Under the pieces are notes generated by a model that worked only from the letters and a program-made list of their open reading frames with translations, was not told the origin of the DNA and did no database searches. Shown one piece after another: positions 36,953-47,268 of a DNA stretch of 64,000 bases. The stretch is from Sedimentisphaerales bacterium (lineage in GTDB: Bacteria > Planctomycetota > Phycisphaerae > Sedimentisphaerales > SM23-30): assembly GCA_963663965.2 (NCBI GenBank), contig CAXXFK010000040.1, positions 96,001-160,000 on the forward strand. The letters run 5' to 3'. Position 1 is the stretch's first letter. Each line of letters starts with the position of its first letter. The position numbers were made by a program, and so were the translations under genes.

Positions 36953-39900
36953 TCAACGCGAGATACCAAAGCCCGGGAATGGACGCTGGTTGCTGGTTGA
37001 ATGATAACCGGGACGCTGGGGACCGTAGCTGGTATTGGAGTTAAAACGATTCATCTCAAAACCATTGCGATCAGAACGATTACGGTCGCCATTACGATTA
37101 AAGCGGTCGTAACCCATCCCGCCATAACCGCTGCCCATCCCCATGCCGCCATACATTAACGGATTTTCCAATACCAGGTCGGCAATATAATAAGTTTTAA
37201 AAACCATATCCTCACCCGGTTTGGCCGCCCGGATGACAACGATCCCATCGTCATCGACCCGATAGGTCGCCGCGCCGGTCTTGCCACCGGAGACACAGGC
37301 CAGCGCCTGCTTCAATACTGTAGCAGGCGATACCTGGCGCAATTGCATCCGAACCGGATCATCCGGCAGGATACCCAGTTTATCAAGCTCATCCCACATG
37401 ACGACAAAATTCAAACCGGTCTGCATCCGTAGATCGGCGATCACTTCTTCCAGCGGGGTATCCTGATAGGCCACGGTCATACCCATCGATTTTGGCTTTG
37501 GGCTCATTTGCACCGGTTTAAGCTCCGGGCGGTATTCCACCGGTTGAGGTGATGAACTGACCTGGGCGATGTCTGCCACTGGCGGCTGGCTGGAGGACCT
37601 GGTTGCAGGGACCAATTCCGTCGAACCAGCCGGCGGCGATTCGATTCGATAGCGGGCCAGGGCCGCCAAATATTTTTCCCGTTGTTCCGGCGTGACACTG
37701 ACCGGTTGCGAATCGATAGCGGGAACTTCTTTTCCATCAATAATCGTTACATTGGCGATGATGTAGAGCGTCAAGTTGTTGTAATTCAACCCGCCCACAA
37801 TGACCGGCGTATCGGGTAGTATCGTTGCGGACGTAACAATACTCTGGGCTTTCTTTTCCGGCGTTCCGCTACCGCTGTCAGATATGGTTTCGACCAGGTC
37901 GTATTGCAAATCGAGCTTGATCAGTTCGCCCGATTTAAGAATAGTCGCCCGGCCAATAAAGTTGAAGGCATATTTGGGAGAATCGATAGCAACCGTGAAT
38001 ACATCGCCACCCCTGACCGTGACCAAAGGCGACATCAACAGCGCGTTACCATCCGCCGAGTTTCGCGCCATTTCGATCAGTTTATCGACGTCGAATTTAA
38101 AATTGGGCGCCAGGGCTTCCTGGGAGGTGGGATCGAGATTCTCAGCGCCCATGACGGGCGGGCGAGATAGTGAGACCACTTTAAAATTAATTTTCACTGC
38201 CGAGGGCGCCTGGGTGTCCGACGAAACATTCTTTTCTGATTTTTGGGGGGTAACCGTTGCGACTTTGCTGGTTTTACTGGATTGCCCGCCCCCCATACCC
38301 ATACCGCCGCCCGTTTTCTGAAGCAAAGCGACTCTTAACTCAGCCAGCATCGCCTCTTTATAGGCCTGGGGCGTGTCGATCTTTTCCAGTCGCTGTTGTT
38401 GCTCCTGCAAGATCTTCGCTAAAGCGCTGATAATATTAATATCATGTTCCCGGGCGCATTCCAGGGCGACGAACTGCTCCTTCTGCCCGGCTATACTCGA
38501 TTCAAACATCTTCGTCAGGTCCTCGCCTTCAGCGGCTTCCAGTAGATCGATTTGTTCCTGTATCCGTCGTTTGCCGAACTCCTGGGGTGTCAGGGTCCGG
38601 GCTTCCAAAGCGTTTTTCAAACTCTGACCGACATTCAGATCAAATTTTATTCCCATATCGGTCTTAACAAAGGTGATGGGATAAGGCATATATTGATCGT
38701 TTTTGATCGGCATCAGAGTCATAGCACGGGTGCGAGTGGCGCTGAGCGGCCGGAGTGAAACCAGATAAATTTTCTGATCATGATCGGATCCGAACAGTTT
38801 AAAATCCCCTTTTTCATCCCGGGTTAGAACCTCAAAGTCCTGACGCTGTTGATCATTTTCAAAGTAGATCATTTCGGCCAGAAATGCAGGATCATCGCAT
38901 GCCTGTAAAGTGGCTAACATGGTCCTGGCCTGATCTTCGGTGATAATGCTGACCGGTGGAGCGGTTTGTTGACGCGGTACAACCCGCAGTTCAACGCTCG
39001 ATGCCTGAAGCACGGCGGCATTATCGAAATAAAACAGCGCCGTTTCATTGCTGACAAAAGGCTGACCGGCATTCAAGCCGGTATTTTCAATAGTCTGTTC
39101 TGAACAGCCCAGTTCCTGGTTATTTCGATCCAGCGACCGCAGACGGATATCCCACTGACCTTTGGGCCAGGATACCAGGGTATACTTCAATTCAGCCACC
39201 CACTGATTCTGATATTCCGCCGGTACCTGCCGCCAGAACTGTATAGTGTCGCCCGTCCGGTTGCGAGAGGAATGAAACTGCACGGACTGACACTGAAGCA
39301 CCTTGTCCCCCAGTGTCAGGTTCACTGATATTGGATTTTCTTTGTCCAGCGGCGCGCGCCAGAAGTATTCCGTGGCGCTGCCGGTTGAGCCCAGCGGATG
39401 GTAGCCCACCTGGCTGAGATATTCGAAGCGATACGAGTCCAATTGATGCACAAGTTCGATATTGGCCTGCCACCACTGGGCGGCATCCTGCTCGCCCGGC
39501 GCCAGGGCAATTTCCAGCACGGTGTTTCCCCTGTTGGGCACAGACTTCAACTGACGATCCAGCGAGGGATCGCCCAGTATGACCGGCTGACCTTCGAAGG
39601 TGGCCTGACCGCTGTCCGGATCGACCACCAGCCGGACAAAATGCCGCTGAAAACTGGCGCCGGCCTGCGTTGGATCGACCGGTGGCGCTGGATTGGCGTC
39701 AAGGGATTTGATCACAATATCGAATCGTTCCACATCGCGGGCTTCAATGCCTTCATAAACCAGCTTCATTGTCTCGCTGCTGACCGCAGCAACTCCCGCG
39801 ATAATCCCGCTGTTCTCCACATATTGCGAGGCCTGACCCAGAATAAGACCATCCCCGCCCAGCAATCGCACCGAAACTATCCAACTCCCCTTGGGACCGG

Positions 39901-42016
39901 ATAAAAGCTGATAATTCAGCCGCGCAATCATGATCTTGGCTGAGCTGGATGAATAGTCTTCAAAACGAATCGCCTGACAATGGATGCGCCGGTCCGGCAG
40001 CCCTCGCTCGATAATTATTTCACGATCCAGCCCAAACCGTTCGGACACTAAAAACAGGATCCCCTCATCATTCCCTGAACCGGTTCCCGCGGCATCCAAT
40101 AGACTGAGTTTCATTTCGGCCAGCATAACAGCGTTTTTAATACTGTTCTGATAATACTCATGCTCCGGCTTGAACTGCTTGAACTGATAAAATAATTTAA
40201 CGCGTAACGGTTCCGCGACCGAACGTATCGCCTCCAGCGCCCGGTTTATGCGAACCTCATGATTTTCAGTACTGCCGGCGATCAGCCAGATGCCATCTAC
40301 CACTTTACGCGTTTGCGGATCAACATTGCGATACTCCCGCAAAAACTGCAACCGCTGCAGGGCGTTCTGGGCATTATCGACAATATCCGCCTTATCACTG
40401 GTAATGGCATCTTCGAGAATGCCCACCGCCCGGTCATCTTTCAGTTGACCCAGCGCCCAGGCCGCGCAGCGCCGGACATAGCGATCCGGGTTTCTGCGCA
40501 GCATCTCTGCTATGGCATCATAAGAGTCCTGATCACCAAGACTGGCCAGCGCCATCGCCGCCATACCACGCGTAGTCGTCTCTTTATAATTGAGTAATTC
40601 AGTCAGCGGTCCGACGGCAATGCTGCCATCGGGCCATTCCAGCATATCGATAATATAAATCGCCGAACGCAATTTCGTTATTTTCCGATTAGACAGGTAA
40701 GGCACCAGTTGTTCCAGGGTCTGGTCCGCCGGATGTTTCTGGATCAATGAAAAGACACGCCGCAGATTCTCGCTTTGACGTTCAGTCGATTGCGACAAGA
40801 TACTGATCGCTTCATTGATATCCTTTTTAATCTGTTTCTCACCGCCGGTTTCCTTCGCGGCGCCGGCCATCGGGATCAGCACCAGGCCCGCGATCAACAA
40901 TCCGGCCAGACCCGCCAGGCCAATGCGGGCGCTGGTGGGAAACGGCCGCGCCGACATATGGCTGATACGGTCTTTCAGGGCCGACTTCGATTCGACCACC
41001 CCGATCAGCCGCAGGCTCAAACTCGGCCGGCTGAACGCCGTACGGGATAGTTCCAGCAGGGTTCGGGGATAATCTTCTGCCTGCTGCCCCATCGCCGCCA
41101 GCACGGCTTCATCGACGGCCTTTTCCCGCATGTTTCGAATCATCGCATTGGCCAGCCAGAGCAACGGGTGGAAAAAGTAGACCGTTTGAATGGCCGTTTG
41201 AATAAAACTCACCCACAGGTCATAACGCTTGATATGAGTCAATTCATGCAGCAGGACCGCCCGCATCTGATGGGTTGATAACTGGCCGGGCAGATCATGC
41301 GGAATCAAGATAACCGGTCGCAGCAATCCGCAGACCGATGGGCTGGTCGTATTGGGAGAAAGCCGTAATTCAATCTGTTCGGCCATTCCCAACTGCCGGC
41401 GGCACCGATCCAGCAGATCGATTATCCCTGCGTCGGCCGGATCCGCCTGACGGATCAAGCCTCTGACAAACTGCCAGCGCTGGGCAATCAGCAATGTCAC
41501 CAGTAATATCAGCGCCAGCCAGACCGCCACCAATCCCCCCCACCAGGTTAATTCAACAGCAGGCGCCTGCGAAGGAGTCACTGTCTGTGCCTGAACTGAA
41601 GCAGTTGGCTCCGGTCGAGAAGCCGGTATCTCCATAGGCATCTCAGATTTCATACCCATGGGAAAAATCGGTTCACTGTTATAAAACAAGGCTTCCGGAA
41701 CTGTCACAGGAGATGGCAGTTCCGTTACCGGCTCGGCAACCACTGCCCGATTTTGCCAATGATCGATTAATGTCTCGCCAAAACCGCCCAGGTACCAGCC
41801 CAGGCCGGTCGGAGCCGCCAGCGTTACCGGCAACATCAGCTTGACAATCACCAGCAGCCACAGACAATAACGAAAAATCGCCGTTACCCGTTTCCGGATC
41901 AGCCAGTCAATACCCCAGATCGCCAGAATCATCAGGCTGCTCTGGATCAGCATCGGAATAAAAAACCGGACCCACTGATCACCGGCGCCATTCAAAAATT
42001 CTATTACTGCATTCAT
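36953..42016 (-). CDS. Large BlaR1-like M56 peptidase with HEAT repeats, a duplicated unknown domain and a secretin-N-like C-terminal domain
   Basis: LLHELTH, FFHPLLW; RRCAAWALG HEAT repeats; TPLEEVIADLR..TGLNFVV.W and KTYYIADLV. Confidence 0.85.
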   Translation of the reverse strand: MNAVIEFLNGAGDQWVRFFIPMLIQSSLMILAIWGIDWLIRKRVTAIFRYCLWLLVIVKLMLPVTLAAPTGLGWYLGGFGETLIDHWQNRAVVAEPVTELPSPVTVPEALFYNSEPIFPMGMKSEMPMEIPASRPEPTASVQAQTVTPSQAPAVELTWWGGLVAVWLALILLVTLLIAQRWQFVRGLIRQADPADAGIIDLLDRCRRQLGMAEQIELRLSPNTTSPSVCGLLRPVILIPHDLPGQLSTHQMRAVLLHELTHIKRYDLWVSFIQTAIQTVYFFHPLLWLANAMIRNMREKAVDEAVLAAMGQQAEDYPRTLLELSRTAFSRPSLSLRLIGVVESKSALKDRISHMSARPFPTSARIGLAGLAGLLIAGLVLIPMAGAAKETGGEKQIKKDINEAISILSQSTERQSENLRRVFSLIQKHPADQTLEQLVPYLSNRKITKLRSAIYIIDMLEWPDGSIAVGPLTELLNYKETTTRGMAAMALASLGDQDSYDAIAEMLRRNPDRYVRRCAAWALGQLKDDRAVGILEDAITSDKADIVDNAQNALQRLQFLREYRNVDPQTRKVVDGIWLIAGSTENHEVRINRALEAIRSVAEPLRVKLFYQFKQFKPEHEYYQNSIKNAVMLAEMKLSLLDAAGTGSGNDEGILFLVSERFGLDREIIIERGLPDRRIHCQAIRFEDYSSSSAKIMIARLNYQLLSGPKGSWIVSVRLLGGDGLILGQASQYVENSGIIAGVAAVSSETMKLVYEGIEARDVERFDIVIKSLDANPAPPVDPTQAGASFQRHFVRLVVDPDSGQATFEGQPVILGDPSLDRQLKSVPNRGNTVLEIALAPGEQDAAQWWQANIELVHQLDSYRFEYLSQVGYHPLGSTGSATEYFWRAPLDKENPISVNLTLGDKVLQCQSVQFHSSRNRTGDTIQFWRQVPAEYQNQWVAELKYTLVSWPKGQWDIRLRSLDRNNQELGCSEQTIENTGLNAGQPFVSNETALFYFDNAAVLQASSVELRVVPRQQTAPPVSIITEDQARTMLATLQACDDPAFLAEMIYFENDQQRQDFEVLTRDEKGDFKLFGSDHDQKIYLVSLRPLSATRTRAMTLMPIKNDQYMPYPITFVKTDMGIKFDLNVGQSLKNALEARTLTPQEFGKRRIQEQIDLLEAAEGEDLTKMFESSIAGQKEQFVALECAREHDINIISALAKILQEQQQRLEKIDTPQAYKEAMLAELRVALLQKTGGGMGMGGGQSSKTSKVATVTPQKSEKNVSSDTQAPSAVKINFKVVSLSRPPVMGAENLDPTSQEALAPNFKFDVDKLIEMARNSADGNALLMSPLVTVRGGDVFTVAIDSPKYAFNFIGRATILKSGELIKLDLQYDLVETISDSGSGTPEKKAQSIVTSATILPDTPVIVGGLNYNNLTLYIIANVTIIDGKEVPAIDSQPVSVTPEQREKYLAALARYRIESPPAGSTELVPATRSSSQPPVADIAQVSSSPQPVEYRPELKPVQMSPKPKSMGMTVAYQDTPLEEVIADLRMQTGLNFVVMWDELDKLGILPDDPVRMQLRQVSPATVLKQALACVSGGKTGAATYRVDDDGIVVIRAAKPGEDMVFKTYYIADLVLENPLMYGGMGMGSGYGGMGYDRFNRNGDRNRSDRNGFEMNRFNSNTSYGPQRPGYHSTSNQRPFPGFGISR

Positions 42017-42113
42017 TAGTAAGCCCTCATAAAAACCTTGTCATCGGGTTGCCTTGGTCTCGATTCAATCGTCATCAGCCTGTCCATGATGTCCCGGCTG
42101 AAGGCGGGTCTGT

Positions 42114-42494
42114 TCATCCCCTTTTACGTTTTTTCAGAATCTCTTCCAGTTGCTCATAATCTTTGTCCGTCAGCGTTTCATTCTCCAATAGAAACTGCAT
42201 CATGGGTGTGACCGCTCCATTGAAAGCACGCTTGACTGTCTTCATAATCTCTTTCTTGCGGGCCTGGGTGGGCGTGATGGCCGCGCTGTAAAGATACAGA
42301 TTGCGTATCTTCTGAACCGTCAACAGACCTTTCTTTACCATCCGGTCCATGAGCGTCTTCACCGTGGTATAAGCCCAACCCCGCTCACTATTCAACGCCT
42401 CCTGCACGGTTGGGGCCGCCACTGGCTCCAAGTCCCAGACCGCCTTGAGAATCGTCCATTCACTGTCAATTATCTCTTTGATCTCGGTTTTCAT
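42114..42494 (-). CDS. BlaI/MecI/CopY-family repressor
   Basis: SEWTILKAVW, WAYTTVKTLMDRMVKKG; start placed at ATG 42494. Confidence 0.93.
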   Translation of the reverse strand: MKTEIKEIIDSEWTILKAVWDLEPVAAPTVQEALNSERGWAYTTVKTLMDRMVKKGLLTVQKIRNLYLYSAAITPTQARKKEIMKTVKRAFNGAVTPMMQFLLENETLTDKDYEQLEEILKKRKRG

Positions 42495-42608
42495 GCATAT
42501 CTCTCCGGATGGATACAAAAATCATATTCTTAAAAATAGGATATCAGCATGTTATTAAGACGCGGACGCCCGAATAACATATCTATCATCGACATGTATA
42601 TATTATAA

Positions 42609-42622
42609 TCTACATATGTAGA
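42609..42622. promoter_or_regulatory. BlaI/CopY-type operator
   Basis: Perfect palindrome TCTACATATGTAGA containing canonical TACAnnTGTA. Confidence 0.8.
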
Positions 42623-42774
42623 GCGTGCAACTAATTTGTAGATATTTTACGCTTCAAATTGTTATCCTTTTATATAATAACCTGTAATTACTGGAGATAT
42701 GAATAATAAAAATATCTGCCGACACCTATTGGGCAGCTTGGAAATAATATGAAAAATACGGATACAGTGATAGC

Positions 42775-42933
42775 GGATTCATTCAAATTCATCGTCATCT
42801 GGAATTCAATATTGGACTTAACCTTCTGCAAACGAGCCTTCAATAACTCAACCGCCTCTACTGGATTCATATCACTCAGCACGCGGTGTAACCGGTAAAT
42901 CAGCTCCAGTCCCTTGGGATCCAGCGGTAATTT
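42775..42933 (-). pseudogene. rho: Isolated 3'-terminal fragment of transcription termination factor Rho
   Basis: KLPLDPKGLELIYRLHRVLSDMNPVEAVELLKARLQKVKSNIEFQMTMN matches the Rho C-terminal helices (ELLL...L....LRR.L..M...EAME.L...L.K.K.N.EF...M). Confidence 0.8.
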
Positions 42934-43302
42934 TCATCCATTTTCGAGCTTGCGTTATGGAACGAATCGAAATACTTAAAAATGCCCATGCAATATAAAA
43001 TGAGTATGTTTCTTGCAGTCTAAAATTTTAACCATGGATTTCAAAAGACTTTGCATTCTTGCTTGGAGTGGAACAAAGGGATTTTACCGCGAAAAATACC
43101 CGGGATGACGAGACAGTTTATACAGCAAAACACGGCATGGGATTTTTTATTTCATGTTCAAAGCATCGATTAAATTTTCATAATATTAGACTTGACAATA
43201 TACCCTGTAATTGGATATATTAAGGTTATTATTGATTGGTCATTATTTGGTTTTTTTTAAATCTCATCGAGATAATATCATTTATTTTTTGGAGACTGGA
43301 AA

Positions 43303-43911
43303 ATGAAAAAGTATCTGTTCACTCTGGTGGTCTTGGTTTGCTTAGCTTACGGGCAACCGCTTTCTGCAGGAATCGTAACCCAATGGGATTTCAATTCTTA
43401 TAGCTCTGACGATCCTTCCATTGGCAACGGCTCATTCGAACTGGTGGGCAACGCGATCCAGACCAGCGCAGTATCATTAACATGGTATAATATGAAAGTA
43501 ATGGACCTGGGTGATGGCATCGGTTTTTCCGTCTCAACATTAGGCTATGAAGACATCTCGCTTTCCCTGAAGATCATTCGCGGTGATGGATACAGCTATG
43601 CACGAGACTGGTCCTGGTCCTATTTTGATGGTAGCAACTGGATTGACGGACCGGATTTTCATGTCGATAGCTATTCTACCGGCGATATTGAAACCTTCGA
43701 TCTGACTGGTTTGTCAGGTGTGGATAACAACAATGATTTCGAGTTCCGGATATTGACATCAACTTCCTTCACGACCACATCCGGCGTCACCGTTGGCCTG
43801 GATGATGTGACGGTCTCAGGTACTTCCATTGTTCCCGAACCCGCTACCCTGACCATGACCTTGCTGGGACTGGGTTCTCTGATAAAATTGAGAAAAAATT
43901 ATAATAAATAA
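43303..43911 (+). CDS. PEP-CTERM sorting-signal protein
   Basis: Signal peptide; C-terminal VPEPATL + TM + basic tail. Confidence 0.92.
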   Translation: MKKYLFTLVVLVCLAYGQPLSAGIVTQWDFNSYSSDDPSIGNGSFELVGNAIQTSAVSLTWYNMKVMDLGDGIGFSVSTLGYEDISLSLKIIRGDGYSYARDWSWSYFDGSNWIDGPDFHVDSYSTGDIETFDLTGLSGVDNNNDFEFRILTSTSFTTTSGVTVGLDDVTVSGTSIVPEPATLTMTLLGLGSLIKLRKNYNK

Positions 43912-44180
43912 GCTGGTTTGTCATCGTTTGTTATCAGTAGATTATAATCTCCTCAACCGGCAATTGAGCGTCAGTATTGGCCCGTCCGGAACCGGAAAGT
44001 GTCAAGTACAATAAAAGCCGATTGGCCGCAAAATAACCGCTTGCGATCCATTCAGATATTATACCTGCGTTAGCATTTTCATGCACGATGTGTCGACATC
44101 GTGCTTTTTTTGTCCGTTTTTTTCAGTGCAACGGAAGGGAAAATGAGACATTCGGTTTCATGAGTTAGGGGAGTTTTTGA

Positions 44181-44210
44181 TTGACGGGGTCGTTGTAATT
44201 TTGGTATAAT
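44181..44210 (+). promoter_or_regulatory. Sigma70-like promoter of the second PEP-CTERM gene
   Basis: TTGACG, 18-bp spacer, TGnTATAAT extended -10. Confidence 0.6.
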
Positions 44211-44364
44211 ACCCATTAGTTTGTAAACAGGTATGACGCTTTGCTGAAGGCCCGGGCGGGCAGCGGCCAAGCGAAAGGCGTGCAGGTCTTGATAATGTGA
44301 AATTGAGAAAACCAGCGAAACAAGCCGGTTTACCCGGCTAACCCAGGCAAAACAAAGTGAGGAA

Positions 44365-45072
44365 ATGATTATGAAAGCTCAATGGAACATCGTGCCGCGG
44401 ATTCTGGGTCTCTTAATACTACTGACCGCCAGCCATATCGCGCTGGGTTCTCTGATTACAACGCCCGATGATCTGGCGCCGGGCGATCAATATCGTCTGG
44501 TATTTGTCACCGCAGAATTGCACGACGCGTCTTCGGCCCAGATCGAAGAGTATAACTTATTTGTCGCCTCTCAGGCGGCCGGCTCAGCCTCTCTGGCGGC
44601 GCTGAATACGACATGGCGAGTTCTGGGCAGTACCCCCGCCATGGACGCGATAACCAACACCGACACAGATCCCTCCCTCGCCGGCGTTCCTGTTTACAAC
44701 CTGAACAGCCAGTTGGTGGCGACCGGGTATGGCGACCTGTGGGATGGCAGCCTCGGTAACGCCATCAATGTGGACCAGAACGGCAATACCCTTAACGGCG
44801 CTGTGTTTACCGGAACAGGGACCAATGGCCTGGGTTTGTCTGACCGCCAGTTCGGCGCCAATGGCTTTCGCGTTCAATATGGCAACAGCGGACTGGTCAC
44901 ATCGGGCTGGACGACAATCGACTGGTCCGGCTCACTGACCAGCCTGCATTTTTACGGCATATCCGACATCCTGCAGGTTCCCGCCGTGCCGGAGCCCGCT
45001 TCCCTGCTGATGCTGGCCCTGGGCGGGATATCGCTGACTCGAATCAGACAAAAGAAAAACAGATGTAACTGA
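44365..45072 (+). CDS. PEP-CTERM sorting-signal protein
   Basis: Signal peptide; GDQYRLVFVT domain; VPEPASLLMLALGG + basic tail. Confidence 0.92.
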   Translation: MIMKAQWNIVPRILGLLILLTASHIALGSLITTPDDLAPGDQYRLVFVTAELHDASSAQIEEYNLFVASQAAGSASLAALNTTWRVLGSTPAMDAITNTDTDPSLAGVPVYNLNSQLVATGYGDLWDGSLGNAINVDQNGNTLNGAVFTGTGTNGLGLSDRQFGANGFRVQYGNSGLVTSGWTTIDWSGSLTSLHFYGISDILQVPAVPEPASLLMLALGGISLTRIRQKKNRCN

Positions 45073-45399
45073 ACCGTTAAGGGAAAGAGGGGAGGCGACG
45101 TTGTTGCCTTTTCCTGTCATTCCCTTTTGGGGTTTTAAAATGCAGGCATCCGGTGTTATCATGCCATCCATTGCCAACGCCCTTTGGGCGACCAGTATTG
45201 GGTAGAGGAAATGGCATAGCAGTTTGGATTTGAACAGACTATCAGGCCAAAGTAGCGACCACAAAAACAGGTAGAAATGTAGAATTTCCCCTTTTTCCCC
45301 CTTCTTATTCATTTTTTATTTGATATCTCCCACTAGAATCATTACCATTTTTTAAGGTTCTATCCGTTTTTCCACGACTCGATTATTCAGGAGCAGGTT

Positions 45400-45891
45400 A
45401 TGTTTGACAGATTCATGCAAAACGTTAAATCACTGTTCGGCAAAAAGGATGTTTTCCCGGTTGAAGACGGCGAAGAAAAAAACTGGATCATCGGTACCAG
45501 CCAGGAAGAGGGGCTTCCGATTATATTTCGATTAAAAACGGGAATCTCGGACCCAAAAATCAAGCGGAAATATGCCTGGCTGACAATCATCACCTGGAAA
45601 TACGATGATGGAGGCAATGGAATGCCGGACAATGCAGAAAAAATGCGGATGACGATCCTGGAAAACACACTGGAAGAACAGGTTGAAAGCACGGGAACCT
45701 GCCTGCTGTTTGCTTCGCGTACCGGCAACGGACTCAAAGAATTCGAGTATTACATCAAAGATCGGCAAACATTTATCGATGAGCTCAACCAGGCATTAGA
45801 GGATCATGAACCCTATCCCATCGAGATCGACTTCTATCACGATCCAGAATGGGAAGAATATCAAAAGATATCCGAATGGGCAAAACAATAA
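45400..45891 (+). CDS. DUF695-like hypothetical protein
   Basis: NGMP, TGNG.KEF.YY and DPEWEEY motifs. Confidence 0.7.
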   Translation: MFDRFMQNVKSLFGKKDVFPVEDGEEKNWIIGTSQEEGLPIIFRLKTGISDPKIKRKYAWLTIITWKYDDGGNGMPDNAEKMRMTILENTLEEQVESTGTCLLFASRTGNGLKEFEYYIKDRQTFIDELNQALEDHEPYPIEIDFYHDPEWEEYQKISEWAKQ

Positions 45892-46036
45892 AATTGAAAG
45901 GGAGTTCTCCTTTGTCTCTTACCATCGCCTTATTTGGAAGGGCTAATCGGGACACACATCGTTATAAAGATAATCCTTTTACACCTTTATAGTCGCTCAC
46001 CCTGCCTTCCCTCAATCTCTCCCGCTCTCCAACCAA

Positions 46037-46897
46037 TCAGCCATTCCGCCGATTCCGATAGGCCCGCGGCGTCATTCCCGTCAATCTCAAAAACTGACGG
46101 TTAAAATGCGACAGGTTCGAGAATCCAACCTTCAGACTGATATCCAGTACCGAACGGTCCGTTTCCCGTAACAGCACACAGGAGCGCCGGACACGCCATT
46201 CGTTGAGATACTCTACAAATGTCTTGCCGGTCGCCTTGCGAAAGAACCGCGTGAACGTGGGCACGCTCATATGGACCTCCGACGCGATCTCCGCCAGCGT
46301 TATGGCTCGGGAGTGATATTTATAGATATATTCGAAGACCTGCGACAGGATCTGATGGTAGGTCTGGTCAAACGGATCCGGCAAAATCGTCCGGCCGGCC
46401 TCCTCACTGCTCGCCAGACAATCCAGCAACTCGATAAAACTCATTAACTGCGCCATCCCGGCCTGCTGACAGATCCGGTCCATATAGACTTCCGCCCGTT
46501 CGATCGTCCGCGCCGAAAAGGCGATCCCGCAAAAACTGTTCTCCAGCAACCCGTTAATCGGACGAAACTCCTCTTTCAACAACAAATCCAGTCCTACCGA
46601 CTCACGGGTAAAATGCAGCACCACATTATCCTTCACACAGCTGTCATCCACCTGCTTCTCCGACACCCATGTATGCGGAATATCCGCGCCCAGCAGCACC
46701 AGGTCCCGGTTGTAATACTCCTGTATCGAACCGCCGATAATCCGCTTGCCGACCGTACCGCGCGTCAGGACCAGTTCATATTCCGGATGATAATGATAAA
46801 GAAAGTCCGGATGGCCGTAATAATGGTGCAGCAGGACCGATTTGCCGGTGTTTTTAGGCAGCGGGTAAAGTTTCGGTTGGAGATCGATACTATCCAC
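46037..46897 (-). CDS. AraC-family transcriptional regulator
   Basis: HYHPEYEL cupin; FTRFFRK.TG; GFSNLSHFNRQF...GMTP..YR. Confidence 0.95.
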   Translation of the reverse strand: MDSIDLQPKLYPLPKNTGKSVLLHHYYGHPDFLYHYHPEYELVLTRGTVGKRIIGGSIQEYYNRDLVLLGADIPHTWVSEKQVDDSCVKDNVVLHFTRESVGLDLLLKEEFRPINGLLENSFCGIAFSARTIERAEVYMDRICQQAGMAQLMSFIELLDCLASSEEAGRTILPDPFDQTYHQILSQVFEYIYKYHSRAITLAEIASEVHMSVPTFTRFFRKATGKTFVEYLNEWRVRRSCVLLRETDRSVLDISLKVGFSNLSHFNRQFLRLTGMTPRAYRNRRNG

Positions 46898-47268
46898 AAT
46901 GATCGGATAGTATCAGAATATTGATCGATAAACAAGAGAAATCCTGATTATTTGTGTTATATTGACATAAAGTCATATATTCTGCTCATAAAACAAAATC
47001 TTAATTTTATAATTGCATCGTTTTGGTATAGCTTTAGGATACCTCTATAGATTGATTAAGAAATAAATGCGGAATTGTATTTTTTTACTTCAGAAAAACA
47101 AGACATTAAGGGCCTCAAACACAGACCGTCATCCAGTTTCAAGTTTTTTAGGTGCATAATAGCTCATTTTCAGCACATGGATTACAGCGAAGCGGCCTTG
47201 AATGAATTTTAAGGTCACGCAAAAAGCATTTTATCACATACTACCCTTTGCCAGAAAGGACCATTGTT

